Origin: Acidobacteriota bacterium
GTDB lineage: Bacteria > Acidobacteriota > Blastocatellia > Pyrinomonadales > Pyrinomonadaceae
NCBI GenBank assembly: GCA_016718135.1
Contig: JADKEF010000002.1
Location: 3,536-67,535, forward strand
Direction: 5' to 3'
DNA length: 64,000 nt
The position numbers and the translations under genes are program-made. Shown one piece after another: positions 48,808-61,200 of the stretch. The notes below the pieces were generated by a model that was not told where the DNA came from, did not search any database, and saw only the letters and a list, made by a program, of their open reading frames with translations. Numbering within the stretch: the stretch's first letter is position 1; every line of letters starts with the position of its first letter.

Positions 48808-50118
48808 ATGATGACTCGATTATTTACCGCCCTTGTATTGGCATCGCTCACGTTAGGTCCGACGACTCTGCTCGCGCAAGCTTCATCGGACGAAGCCGCT
48901 CTTATAGCGAAGGCTCGCAAGATACACGAAAAGGTTATTACGCTGGACACGCACAACGACATTAACGTCGCGAATTTCACCGAAAAGGTAAATTACACCC
49001 AGGACCTGCCAAATCAGGTCAACATCCCAAAGATGCGCAAGGGTGGACTCGACGTTTCGTGGCTGATCGTTTACACGGGCCAGGGCGAACTCAACGATGC
49101 CGCCTACGACCGTGCCTACAAGAGTGCGATCGACAAGTTTGACGCGATCCATCGCCTCACCAAACAGCTCGCACCGAATGATATCGAACTCGCCCTCACC
49201 AGCCAGGATGTTCGCCGGATCGCAAAGGCCGGTAAGCTCGTCGCGATGATTGGCGTCGAGAATGCCTACCCGCTCGGCACCGACATCAGCCGCGTCAAGG
49301 AATTTGCCGACCGCGGAGCACGTTATATGTCGCTTGCACACAACGGGCACAGCCAGCTTGCCGATTCGAACACCGGCGAAGCTGATGGGAAATGGATGCA
49401 CAACGGCCTTAGCGAACTCGGCAAACAGGCCATCGCAGAGATGAACAAATGGGGCATCATGGTCGATCTCTCGCACCCGTCGAAGCAGGCAAATCTACAG
49501 GCTATTCGACTCAGCAAAGCTCCAGTCATTGCTTCACATTCCGGTGCCCGTGCACTCTGCGATCACAGCCGCAATCTTGATGACGAACAGCTTGCAGCGA
49601 TCAAAAAGAATCGCGGTGTTGTCCAAGCGGTCGCATTTCGCAGCTATGTCAGCAAAGAGAAAAGTGCTCTCCGTGCAGCCAAAACCACTGAGATAAATGC
49701 CGAACTCGCAAAGGCCGAGAATTTTACTATCCTTCCGCGTGCCGAGATGATGCGTCTGCCCGAAGCTGAGCGAGCCGAATACGGCTCGAAACTGGCCGCC
49801 TTCCGTACCAAGTCAAATCCGATCGTCCGCGAGCGCCTAAAGGAAGTTGCACCCGACGTTAACGTCAAAGATTTCGTCAACCACATCGACTATTTGGTGA
49901 AAAAGATCGGCATAGACCACGTGGGCATCAGCTCCGATTTCGATGGCGGCGGTGGTGTCGAGGGATGGGATAATGCCGCCGAGACGTTCAACGTAACGCT
50001 CGAACTGGTTCGCCGCGGTTACACAGAAAAGCAGATCGCAAAGCTATGGAGCGGAAATCTTTTGCGGGTTCTGGATGATGTTCAGAAAGTGGCAAAGAAG
50101 CTACAAAAACAAACGTAA
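48808..50118 (+). CDS. membrane dipeptidase (peptidase M19, renal dipeptidase family), secreted
   Basis: LDTHNDI, YMSLAHNGHSQLA, DLSHPS, IASHSGARALCDHSRNL, GISSDFDGGGGVEGW. The start is at 48808 or 48811, after GGAG. Confidence 0.85.
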   Translation: MMTRLFTALVLASLTLGPTTLLAQASSDEAALIAKARKIHEKVITLDTHNDINVANFTEKVNYTQDLPNQVNIPKMRKGGLDVSWLIVYTGQGELNDAAYDRAYKSAIDKFDAIHRLTKQLAPNDIELALTSQDVRRIAKAGKLVAMIGVENAYPLGTDISRVKEFADRGARYMSLAHNGHSQLADSNTGEADGKWMHNGLSELGKQAIAEMNKWGIMVDLSHPSKQANLQAIRLSKAPVIASHSGARALCDHSRNLDDEQLAAIKKNRGVVQAVAFRSYVSKEKSALRAAKTTEINAELAKAENFTILPRAEMMRLPEAERAEYGSKLAAFRTKSNPIVRERLKEVAPDVNVKDFVNHIDYLVKKIGIDHVGISSDFDGGGGVEGWDNAAETFNVTLELVRRGYTEKQIAKLWSGNLLRVLDDVQKVAKKLQKQT

Positions 50119-50183
50119 ACCTCGATTCCTGTAACGTGACCCCTTATAAGACGAGCCAAGAATAGCCAGAAAGGTCAGGCAAA

Positions 50184-50218
50184 GCAAAAAGGACGGTCCG
50201 CGAGGACCGTCCTTTTGC
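50184..50218. terminator. bidirectional rho-independent terminator between the dipeptidase and giant-protein genes
   Basis: GCAAAAAGGACGGTCC-GCGA-GGACCGTCCTTTTGC. Confidence 0.7.
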
Positions 50219-52474
50219 TTTGATACGAGGAACCCGGCCTATTCCGGTGCGATCAGATCCAAGCCGGTCAGACTCTCGCTCGGAGTTATCTGCCTTGGGG
50301 CGAAAAGATAACGCCGCGACGCAACTGCAAGGGTGTAGCTTTGGCCTGGAGCGATGCCGTCGATGCGGTAATAGCCAAAAGTGCCGGTTGTAGCAGAACG
50401 GCTAACGCCGCTTGCGTCCGTTAGCGTCACCGTTGCGTTGCGAAGTCCCGCTCCGCCGGGGATCAGGACCCGGCCTGAGATCTCGACCGAAAGGGCGTTT
50501 GGCCCGGCGATCGAGATCTTACCATTGGTTGGTTTGACCGAGAGCGAATTCGCACGGTCATCCGAAACCGATAGATCTTCGATCAGGATACCCGTGTCAC
50601 CCGTCGGAGCCTTCGCGTTGACGTCGAACGACACGTTGACGAAGGCGGTTCAGGACACGTATCACGCCCGGTTCATCGACGTTTGCCGTCAACATAGCTC
50701 CGCTCGACGGATCGGCAAGTTCGACGATCGCGTTGCCGAGTTTCGCCGCATCGTATCGGAGTACAAAGCTGACGGCCATTTCGTCGCCATTCGACCGCAT
50801 CTCGATCGGAACGATGACACGGCTGCCGGTCGATGCATTGGATGAGCCGATCCGGATCTCTCTCGAACCTGCTTCACGCAGTGCCTCAGGCGGTGCGATC
50901 GGTCCGGAATTCGCCGCTCCAGGCCCGCCCGCCGACCTCGACGGGTCGAGTCCCGCAACATAACGGCGGGTTTGCACAACGTCTGTCGCACTGAGGAAAC
51001 CATCGCCGCCGACACTGGCTGGTGCCGAATCCGCTCGTTGGAATTCATTGTGCGTTAACACAGGCGTATCGAGCCCGGCAACAAAGCGTCGTACCTGTAC
51101 AACGTCAGCCGCCTCGAAAGTGCCACTGCCCGCATTTCGGCCAGCGAGATCGCCCTCGAGGCCCTGAGCAAATACGATCAGGCCATCGACATAACGTGTG
51201 AGCAGCGGATTGCTCGCCGCATCACGCGTTACGAGATCGACCGGTGAATTGACGAACGTGATCGCCGCATTTGGAAGGTTGTTGGTGACGGTCGTGAAGT
51301 TCATCGTCGCGATCTGTTTCTGAGCCGTCGGCTCTTCGCCCTCAGCCGCTTCGATCAGCGAGAACACGCCGCCGGCCGGAACGATCGTCACACCGACGCG
51401 TCCGAGCGTACTCGTATCGGTCGTGATCGTACATCCCGGCGCCTGCGGGCCGCAGACGAATGTCGGTGCGGTCGCCATCGTATTGAACGGATACTGGACC
51501 GTGAACGAAACGCTCGCCTCATTACCCTGGCTGTCGAGCACGACCGGCATCGAACCCGACGCCCCCGGCACAACGAACTGCGTGTTCGGCGAGGTGTACG
51601 CGGAATATCGTTCGCCGAATTGTACCGTGTGAAGTCGGCTCCCGTTATGTTGTCGTTGACCGTGTAAGTACGGCTCAGCGGATCGAAGATTCCCGCCGGC
51701 GGCGTGATCGTACATACGCTGCCCAGCGGACCGCCGAATATGATCGTGTAAACACCGCTAGCATTCGTCGTCGCTGTTGCACTCGCACAGCCCGACAATG
51801 TCATCGTCAATCCCGCGATCGGTGTCATTCCCGGAGCCTGTCTGACAGTTCCCGAGATCGCGACGTTGACCGTGTGAGTCGTTGTCGGCGATGTCGAGGT
51901 ATTGAAGTTGTTGTCCCCGTTATGGGTCCGAGAGATCGTCTTCACTCCGGTAGTCGTTGGTGTCAGCTGACAGCTTCCCGCCGCAACAGGTGCAGTACAC
52001 GTACCGCCGCCCGTGCCGCCGTTGACCGTCACCGTTCCCGTCGGATTTCCTGAATTGACCTGGACAGGAGCCGGAACGACCGTCCACGAGACCGTGTATG
52101 GCTGATTGACTAGTGACGGATCAGGACTGTCAGACGTTATAGTCGTTGCCGTGTTGGCCTTATTGACAGTGTAGTTGAGATCGCCCGTGCTGCCATTGAA
52201 ATTAGCATTGCCCGAATAGATCGCTACCACGTCTCTCAAACCAGCCGGCAAGGCCGGTAGTCCCGCCTGCGTACAGCTTGCCGTCAAACCAGCCGACAGC
52301 GGCGTGTTCGCACAGTAAATGTTGCCATCAATGTTAAAGCTGACCGTGCCCGTCGGCGTTCCCGTTCCGGGAGCAACGACCGCTACCGTGGCCGTGAATG
52401 TAACGCTTTGTCCGAAGACGCTCGGGCTCACCGGTACGGCTGTGACCGTCGTTGTCGTCGAAGCAGGCGTGATC

Positions 52475-53690
52475 GTCAGGTTCGCACCGACGTAGGTGAT
52501 CGAGTAGTTCGGATTGTTTGCATTAGTGACCGTGCCCTGCAAGATCGCGTACGGGCTGCCCGCAACCGTCTCACCGGGAACACGTGTAAGTGCTCCGGCG
52601 ATAGGCACTCCGGCTCCAAGACTCGTCGTCGTGAATGTCAACGGCGGATCTACCGCTCCAAATACCTTTGTCTTGGCATCTGCGGTCACCGTTACCGGCC
52701 TCACCGTAATGGTCAGGTTCGCACCTACGTAGGTGATCGAATAGTTAGGATTGTTGGCGTTGGTAACCGTGCCCTGCGTTATCGCGTACGGACTTCCGGC
52801 TACAGTCTCCCCTGCGACCCGCGAAAGTGCACCAGTGATCGGCACACCAGTTCCAAGACTCGATGTTGTAAACGTCAATGCCGGATCGGCGTCGCCATAG
52901 ACCTTGGTCTTAGCGTCCGCCGTCACCGTAACCGGACGAGTTGTGATCGTAAGGTTGGCTCCGACGTAGGTTATGGCGTAGTTCGGATTGTTAGCGTTCG
53001 TGACCGTACCTTGCAGAATTGCATACGGGCTGCCGGTGACCGTTTCGCCGGCGGTCCGGGTCAACGAACCAACTATAGCAACACCCGTTCCGAGGCTCGA
53101 TGTTGTAAAAGTCAATGCCGGATCGGCATCGCCATAGACCTTGGTCTTGGCGTCCGCCGTAACGGTGACCGGACGGGCCGTGATAGTTAAATTAGCCCCG
53201 ACATACGTTATCGAATAGTTCGGATTATCGGCGTTGGTAACCGTGCCCTGCAAGATCGCGTAAGGGCTCCCGGCAACCGTTTCGCCCGCTGTGCGGGTCA
53301 AAGCACCGGCTATCGCCGCCCCAGTTCCGAGGCTTGTAGTCGTATATGTGAGCGGCGGATCGGCATCGCCATAAGGCTTGGTCTTGGCATCTGCCGTCAC
53401 TGTCACTGGGCGAGCCGTGATCGTAAAGTTAGCCGTTGTTCCGGTGACAAAGTCATAGTTCGGTGCGGCAAGCGATCCGGGAGCACAAGTGATCGTGTAC
53501 GGCGAACCCGCAACCGTCTCACCCGCAGTCCGTGTACAGCTCGGCGAACCTGTAATGCCGGAGTTACCCGAATTATCTGATAACAAGAAGCCGGAGTATG
53601 TCGCTGTGAATGCCGGATCGGCGTCGCCATAGACCTTGGTAGCCGCAACCGCATTGACGTTCAGCACGGCCTTGTTGACTGTTAGTTGGA
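52475..53690. repeat. five MBG-type (YGDADP) modules; the last four are a 237-nt tandem DNA repeat
   Basis: gtcaggttcgcac recurs at 52475 and 52712 (237 nt apart). The protein repeats as IT.RPVTVTADAKTK.YGDADP.LT.TT.SLG.G....G.L.R..GETV.GSPYAI.QGTVTNA.NPNY.ITYVGANLT. Confidence 0.8.
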
Positions 53691-54239
53691 ATGTCGCGTC
53701 GGTGGTCGCACCGCAGTTGTCGGCGGCACGGATCGTTATCGTGTGCGTACCGAACGGGGCCGCGTTTGTGAATGTGACCACACCCGCAGGACTGACTGAA
53801 ATGCCTCCCGTGTAGGTTCCGGTATTCTGGACCACGACCGAGGCGACGTTACCATTATCGGATGGACCTGTGGCAGGATTGACCACCGTGCCTGTTGCAT
53901 AAGTAATGGCCGCGGGATTGGTGTACGTGAGTGTTGGCGGCGTGTTTGGAGTAATGTTGACCGTCAAAGTCCCTGTACCCGTCGCTCCTTGAGCGTCGGT
54001 CACAACGAGGCTGAATGTCGCCGTCGTCGCGCCGCAGGCTGCGACAACATTCGCCGTCACCGCACCGCCAGCTGCGATCGAGAGCCCGCTGACCGTCACG
54101 CCGTTCACCGTAGCACTCGCACCGTTATTTACCGTTATGCCAAGCGTATTCGGAGCCTGTTCAGTATCAGCCGCCGTAGCGATCGTAAAGTTCCCCACCG
54201 GACTGCCCTCAGGAGCAGAGATCGTGTCACTGCTGATCG

Positions 54240-55290
54240 TCGGCGGCGTGTTGCAGGTTCGTGTGAGGATCGAGACGTTGTGTGAAGAGGAGTTACCCGC
54301 TGCGATGTCCTGATCGCCGTCGCCGTTAAAATCACCGACTGCGACAGAAATGGGATTTGTGCCGACTCCAAAACTTACGGCCGGTGCAAATGACCCTGCT
54401 CCGTTGCCGACGAGGATCGACACGTTGTTTGAATTGATATTTGCCGCTGCGATGTCCTGATCGCCGTCGCCGTTAAAATCACCGACTGCGACAGAAATGG
54501 GATTTGTGCCGACTCCAAAACTTACGGCCGGTGCAAATGACCCTGCTCCGTTGCCGACGAGGATCGACACGTTGTTTGGATTGAAATTTGCCGTAGCGAT
54601 GTCCTGATTGCCGTCGCCGTTAAAATCGCCGACCGCGACCGATACGGGAGTTGTGCCGACTCCAAAATTTACGGCCGGTGCAAATGACCCTGCTCCGTTG
54701 CCGGTCAGGATCGACACGTTGTCTGAATTGGAGTTTGCCGCCGCGATATCCTGATCGCCGTCGCCGTTAAAATCACCGACTGCGACAAAATAGGGATTTG
54801 TGCCGACTCCAAAATTTACGGCGGGTGCAAACGACCCTGCTCCGTTGCCGGCGAGGATCGAGACGTTGTTTGAATTGAAATTTGCTGCAGCGATGTCCTG
54901 ATTGCCGTCGCCGTTAAAATCACCGACTGCGATTGAATAGGGCGTTGTGCCGACTCCAAAATTTACCGCCGCAGCAAACGATCCCGCTCCATTGCCGGTC
55001 AGGATCGAGACGTTGTTTGAACCGCGGTTTGCGGCTGCGATGTCCTGATTGCCGTCGCCGTTAAAATCACCGACTGCGACAGAATAGGGATTTGTGCCGA
55101 CTCCAAAATTTACGGCCGGTGCAAACGACCCTGCTCCGTTGCCGGCGAGGATCGACACGTTGCTTAAAAAGCGGTTAGCCGTCGCGATGTCCTGATTGCC
55201 GTCACCGTTAAAATCACCTACTGCGACAGAATAGGGAATCGGGTCGACCGCAAAATTCACCGCCGGCGTAAAATTGAGTCCGGCACAGAC
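54240..55290. repeat. seven FG-GAP-type blades encoded by a 147-nt tandem DNA repeat, with adjacent copies nearly identical
   Basis: A stretch of about 130 nt beginning gcgatgtcctgatcgccgtcgccgttaaaatcaccgactgcgac occurs at 54302 and again at 54449. The protein repeats as VAVGDFNGDG(N/D)QDIA.AN...NNVSIL.GNGAGSFAPAV.FGVGT.P.S seven times. Confidence 0.85.
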
Positions 55291-58200
55291 AGGTGCATTA
55301 TTCACCGTCAGGTTAAATGTAGTCGTCGACGTACCGCCGGGGCCAAATGCCCAAACCGTGACCGGATATACGCCCGGAGGAATATTCGCCAGAGCCGCAT
55401 TCGTCACACGCACCACGCCAGTCACCGGATCGGCTGTCAACCCGCCAATAAAGCTCGTTGGTGCTGAAACGCTGATACTCGTCGTCCCCGTCGGAACCGC
55501 ACCCGGCGTGATCGTCACATTGTCGCTCAAACCAACCGATGTCGCCGGATACACACCCAGCGTCGGCGGGAGGACGTAAGTATAGAGCGTATTCGGGGCA
55601 TTTGTTCCGTTAGGTGTTGTTACCACAACACTTGCCGTGCCTGTGGAACCAGCGGGCGTTACGGCTGTGATGGTCGTACTGTTGACGACCACGACGCTCG
55701 TCGCAGGGTTGCCGGCGAATGTAACGGTGGTTGCTCCAGTCAGGTTAGTTCCGGTGATAGTTACTGCAGTTCCTCCGGCTGTTGAACCGGTCGACGGATT
55801 GACACTCGTGACCGTCGGCGGAACAACGGCCGTCAGGACAACGTCGTTATTATCGCCGCCCACATAGCTGATCTTGGCGTTGAGGCCCGAGCCGAGGAAG
55901 TTCGTGATCGTCGCTCCCTCGGCGAGGCCCGCAAACGTACCGCCGACTGGATCCGCACCGTCGTTGTTGATGATCACGTACTGTTGTCCGGCAGTAGGAA
56001 CGAACCCGCCTAACTGAGCGATGGACAGATTTGCGTCAGTAACATCGACAGTTCCGGTGACGTTCATCTGGTCGTGGAAGCCCGGACCGTTGCCCGGCGT
56101 CGCTCCGCCGATCTCGATCGCGAAATTTGATCCGGCGCCTAGCGACAACAGAGTCGCGACGTTAATGATACCGGGACTCGCTCCGGGCCGCAGAGTTCCT
56201 CCGGGATTAACGGAGAGCGGATTGTTCACCGTTCCAAAAATACCGAGGTCGCCCGATCCAAAAACGAGTGTTGCGACGGGAGTGCTGAGATTCGTCGTCT
56301 TCGTCTGTGAGATCGCGCCGACAACATTTATATTTCCGGTATTCGCGTTGCCGATATTCAGCGTCCCTGCCGTTATTCGATCAAGCTCGGCGTCGGAGAG
56401 TTCTAACGTCGATGGCGTCGTATCGACCGTGGAGCCGAGGTCGATGGTCAGGTTGTTGGTCTTTTGCCGCAGCGATACGACGTTGCCCGCGGCATTGATC
56501 GCACCGTTCGTGGTGTTGATCGCCATGCTGTCAGAGATCAGGGTGACAGTGCTGCCAACACCGCTTGCGGTGAGCGTTCCGGCTCCGGCTGGGGCGATGT
56601 TGATACCGGCATTATCCGTTCCGCCCGAGCCGCCTGTTCCGGTCATGCTGATCGCACCCGTCACAACCGAGACATTTGAACCGCCGCGGACCTGGACGCC
56701 CTGGTTCGTGCCTCCTGCGCCACTGCCGCCTGTGCCGGTGATGGTGATATTCGCAGCGCCCATCGCCGTGATGTTGTTGCGGATCGACACACCAAAATTG
56801 AAGCTAGCTCCGCCACCGGATGTTCCGCTGATGATCAGGTTTGAACCGGTCGTCGAGACCGTTCCGTCCTGCCGATAGCCTTGTGAGCCCCCAGCTCCGC
56901 TCGGTCCGCTGGTGCCAGTCAGAATTGCAGTGCCTGAGCCACCGGCAGATATCGACGATCCGGCCGAGGCAAGTATGCCAGCTGAACCGATGAAACCTGC
57001 CCCCACATTACCGGAGCCCCCTACGCCGATAAGCGTAAGATCCGCATTCGCAACGGAAAGCGGGCCGAAGGTAGAAAATCCGTATGAGGATCCCGCGCTC
57101 GAGCTTCCACCAGTGGCCGTGATATTGACAGGCCCATCGACGGACGAAATGCCTGTCGTAGCTGTGTTAATGATCACACCTCTAGATGATCCCGCACCCG
57201 GAGTTATATTGCCGCCTAGTGCATCGATCGTGATCGACGCTGCGCCAGCCCCCGTTCCTGTCGAGCTGATAACCGAAGGCACACGGATGTCCAAGGCATA
57301 CGAGAATACGTTCGCTCCGCCGGTCGAATCGCCGCCTCTCGCAGTAATGCCGATGTTCCCGACAACGGATGTAATCGATCCGCCGCCGTTGAGGAAAACA
57401 CCTATATTAGGAGCATCACCCGTAGATGTGGCTCTACCATCTATTGTGATCGTACCCGCACCCGCGGAAGCACTCGTTGAGCGGACAAAACAGCTCGTCC
57501 CACTTAAAGCAATACCCATAGACGAAGCAAACGCATTGGTCTGTGCGGTTGTACCGCTTCCGCCCTTTCCGTTCATGACAATGCTGCCGGTACCGGTCGT
57601 CTCAATGACGGCGTCAAACATCTCAATACCGACCGAGTATCCCGGATTTGGTATTGCCTGCTGATTCGCATTCAACGTCGCGTTTCCGTTGACCACGCTG
57701 ATACTTGAGCCGCTGCCCATGAAGATGTTTCGGCCCGCCGTCAGCGAAATCGAACCCGTGCCGCTCATCGTGAGGTCGCTAGCCGCATTTTGCAAATATT
57801 GGGTTTGGGATACAAAGGTCGAGACGTTCTTGTTCGTCCCGAAGCCTATTGTGCCCTCAAAAGATACATCGAGAAACTCAAATCCTGGCGAACCGATCGT
57901 CAAGCCCGGATAATTCGCCGCGAGCGTGAATGCGTTCAACGTGTCGGTCGCATTACCGCGATTGACTGTGATGGATCCTGTTGGATTGGCGAACGTCGTC
58001 GTTTCAAATGTTGCGGTCACCGCCGTCAAAGTCGAACTCCCGCTGCCGGCATCGGTAAGGTGAACGATATTTGCAGGCCCCGCCGGAAGGTTAAAGATCA
58101 CATCCGCCGCCGTGCCGCTGTTAACGATCGGTTCGAGGCCGGTGTAGGTGATCGTGCCTGTGCGAGTGCCGCCGACCATAACGATGTCGCCATCGTTTGC

Positions 58201-61200
58201 GTTGAAGTAGTTGTACGTTGTCGTGCCGCCCGAGTAACCGGTGATGTTGAGGGCGTCATCGCCGCCCGCACCGCCGTTAAAGAATAATCCGCCAACGGCA
58301 ATAACGCCTTCGCCGCCGCTAGGTGCAGTGATAAAGTCGCAACCCGAGAGATCGACCGTCAGCGTGTCGTTCCCGCCGTACGTGTTGACCGTGATCGAGC
58401 CCGTGACCGACGAGGTCGGGATCGTCTGATTCAAACCCGTACCGGGATCTGTGATCGTAATGTCAGAGCCGCTGCAGGCGATCGTGATGTCGTCGTTAGA
58501 GGTGCCGCCGTTCGTGTCCTCGATCAGCAAATTTCCACCGCTGACCGTTACTGTGGTCTCCAGCACCGTCGCGAACTCATCTGCGCCGATGTCAGGCGTA
58601 GTTACGCTGCGTGCTTCGTCATCGAAGTCAGTCGTGACAGCGGCGATGGGGGTTCCTATGTTGCTGACAGGCGAGGAAGGCGATACGTGGAGGTCGGTGG
58701 CCGATACGAAGAGCGGGTCACTCGAGATCGAATTCGTATCCAGTCCAGTCGCGGACTGCCACTGGGCAAGGCTCGTTAATTGGGTTGCACCGGCGTCCGG
58801 GCTGCCAAAAACGGCCCCGGCACCCGTCACGTAGATATCGTTGTAATTCATCGCGGTGCCCGAGGTCGAATCGAGAACAACGCCAGAGTTCGGGCCTCCT
58901 GCATGCAATGTTGAATTGACAAAAATGTTGTTTCTGATATCGAAGCTGCCGGGGGAGTTTCCGCCCAGGGCGAGGAAGGCTATCGATTGAACTCCGTCGC
59001 TCGAGCCAAACAGTCCGACCGAGTTGTGATATACATTTACCGTCCCGGCAGCAACATTAGCCCAGATCCCTACAGGGTCAATGCTGTCACCTGGAGAGGA
59101 TGTGCGGGAGATCATGTTGTTCGACACCGTCAACAAGTCCGTTGGCTGCCCCGCAATTAGATTAATACCAGTGGCCGCGCCGCGGATCAGATTGCGGTCG
59201 ATGACGGTCGCTCCGAACGTTTCGACGCCCGATTGTAGATCTATCCCTGTGCCGTCCGACTGATCCATCGTGTTGCCGCGAATGACCGAACCGGACATGT
59301 TGTAAATTTCGATCGCCGTGCCCAACGCCTGCGTAAACTGGTTATTCGTAACGGTCGGTCCGGGAATATTCGGAACCGTTGCACCCGCCGCGATCGCCCA
59401 CCGCAGCGAGCCGGTGACGGGAGCGAAGGCACAGTTGTCCACGACAACATTAGTCCCAATGTCATCGAGGCGAAGTGCGGTTCCAACCCCGGTGGCGCTG
59501 ATCGCGACATTCTTAACCGTTATGTTGCTGCCCAGGATATAGAGCCCATTCCCGCTAAAAGAGCCGTCCGAGTTTGCGAACGAGAGATCTCGTGAAGTAC
59601 CGCCGACCTGATTTGAACCATCGATAATGATGTTCGACGCGGTATTCCCCATAAAGAGAAACGGGTTCGCAAACGACCCGGAGAATGCGGGCGTCTGGCC
59701 GGCAGCTGGTTTGATCGTCAGCGTATTGGTCGTGCTCGAGCCGAGAGCGGCCGAGATCGATATCGGATACGTTTCGCTATTGTACGAGCTGTCAATAAGG
59801 CTGAACGTCACCGGCCCGCTCACGCCCCGCGTATTGTATGCCGCGGCGGCCGCGGTCAACGTCGCAAAATCGCCGCCGACGCCGACGGTATATGTGCCGT
59901 TGAGCGGAGTCAGATATGTATATTGATTCGCGGCCGCGGTCGCACTGGTGCCGCCGGGCGTCGTCACGGTCACATTCACCGTGCCCGCAGAGCCAGCCGG
60001 TGCGGTCGCCGTTATAGAGGACGCGTTGTTGAACGTAAAGGCGGCGCTCGTCGCCCCAAACATAACCGATGTCGCGCCGGTAAAGTTCGTACCGCCTATC
60101 GCAACTGCATTGCCGCCCAGGGCGGAACCCGATGTCGGATTTAGAAGCGTTACGGTTGGAGGAGCGACGTAGGTGAATCTGTTCGCTACCGCGATAGCGC
60201 TTGTACCGCCCGCAGTCGTCACTCTAACGTTGATGATCCCAGCAGTGCGGGCCGGAGATGTCGCGGTGATCTGCGTCGGGCTGTCGACCGTGAATGTTGT
60301 TGCGGCCGTTGTACCGAACGTGACTGCGATCGTACCGGTAAAGTTCGTTCCAGTGAGCGTGACAACGGTGCCGCCCGCAGTCGGGCCGGATGTCGGATTG
60401 ACAGCCGTGACGGTCGGCGCAGCTACGTACGTGTAGAGCAGATTCGGCCCATTAGTTCCACCGGGCGTGCTGACCAAGACGCTAACCGATCCCGCTGAGT
60501 GCGCCGGTGCCGTGCAGTTGATCTCGGTGTCCGAAACGAAATTCACCGATGTACAGGCGTTGCCGTCAAACGTCACACCTGTCACTCCCGTAAACCCGGT
60601 ACCCGTGATCGTGACACTGTTACCGCCTATGACCGACCCGGATGTCGGATTGACGGCGGTGACCGTCGGTCCCGACAAGGGAGCCTCGTAAGCTCCGATA
60701 TCTGTACCGTCGGCTGCATTAGTTGGTGAATTATCCACCGTTCGTGCGAACCCGGCTCCGCGCTGATCGGCGGTCAAAGGAACAAGCGCATTTATGCCCT
60801 TATCGAGCGCCGGGCTGCCGGGGAGCACGGCGTGCGTCTCTGTTGGGCCGCCATTGTTTGCCAATGGGCCGAGCATCGCATCGTCGTACTCGATGACAAT
60901 ATCGTTCGAACCGCCGCTGATGGCGCCTGCGACCCCGATCAGGTTATAGCCCTGCGAAGTTAAGGTGCCTACAATGTCGAAACCAGCTCCGCTGCAGATG
61001 TTATTGGCGATGATGGAACTGCGGGAATTCACAGTACTAGTGGCACTGTTGTAAATACCGCCGCCGCAGAAGAGCCCCGCCGTATTGGATGTGATCGTCG
61101 AGTTGGTAACCGTTACCGCGCCGGACGAACTGTTGTTTATGCCGCCGCCGCCCGAACTGGAGTTGCCGGAGATCGTCGAATTGGTTACGGTTAGCGTGCC

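Noticed and set aside
51388-51715. Programmed ribosomal frameshift or overlapping separate gene at the giant-gene 3' junctions
   Set aside because: There is no slippery heptamer or downstream pseudoknot at either junction. The domain (cohesin-like) begins upstream of the first in-frame Met of the next ORF. Similar single-nt shifts occur in unrelated genes across the window, so an indel is the simpler explanation.
52408-57664. Several 100-285-aa plus-strand ORFs inside the giant gene (e.g. 52408-53190, 56021-56878, 56912-57664)
   Set aside because: They are antisense to a continuous, domain-structured 3588-aa ORF. Their translations are Arg/Pro-rich mirror images of the repeats.
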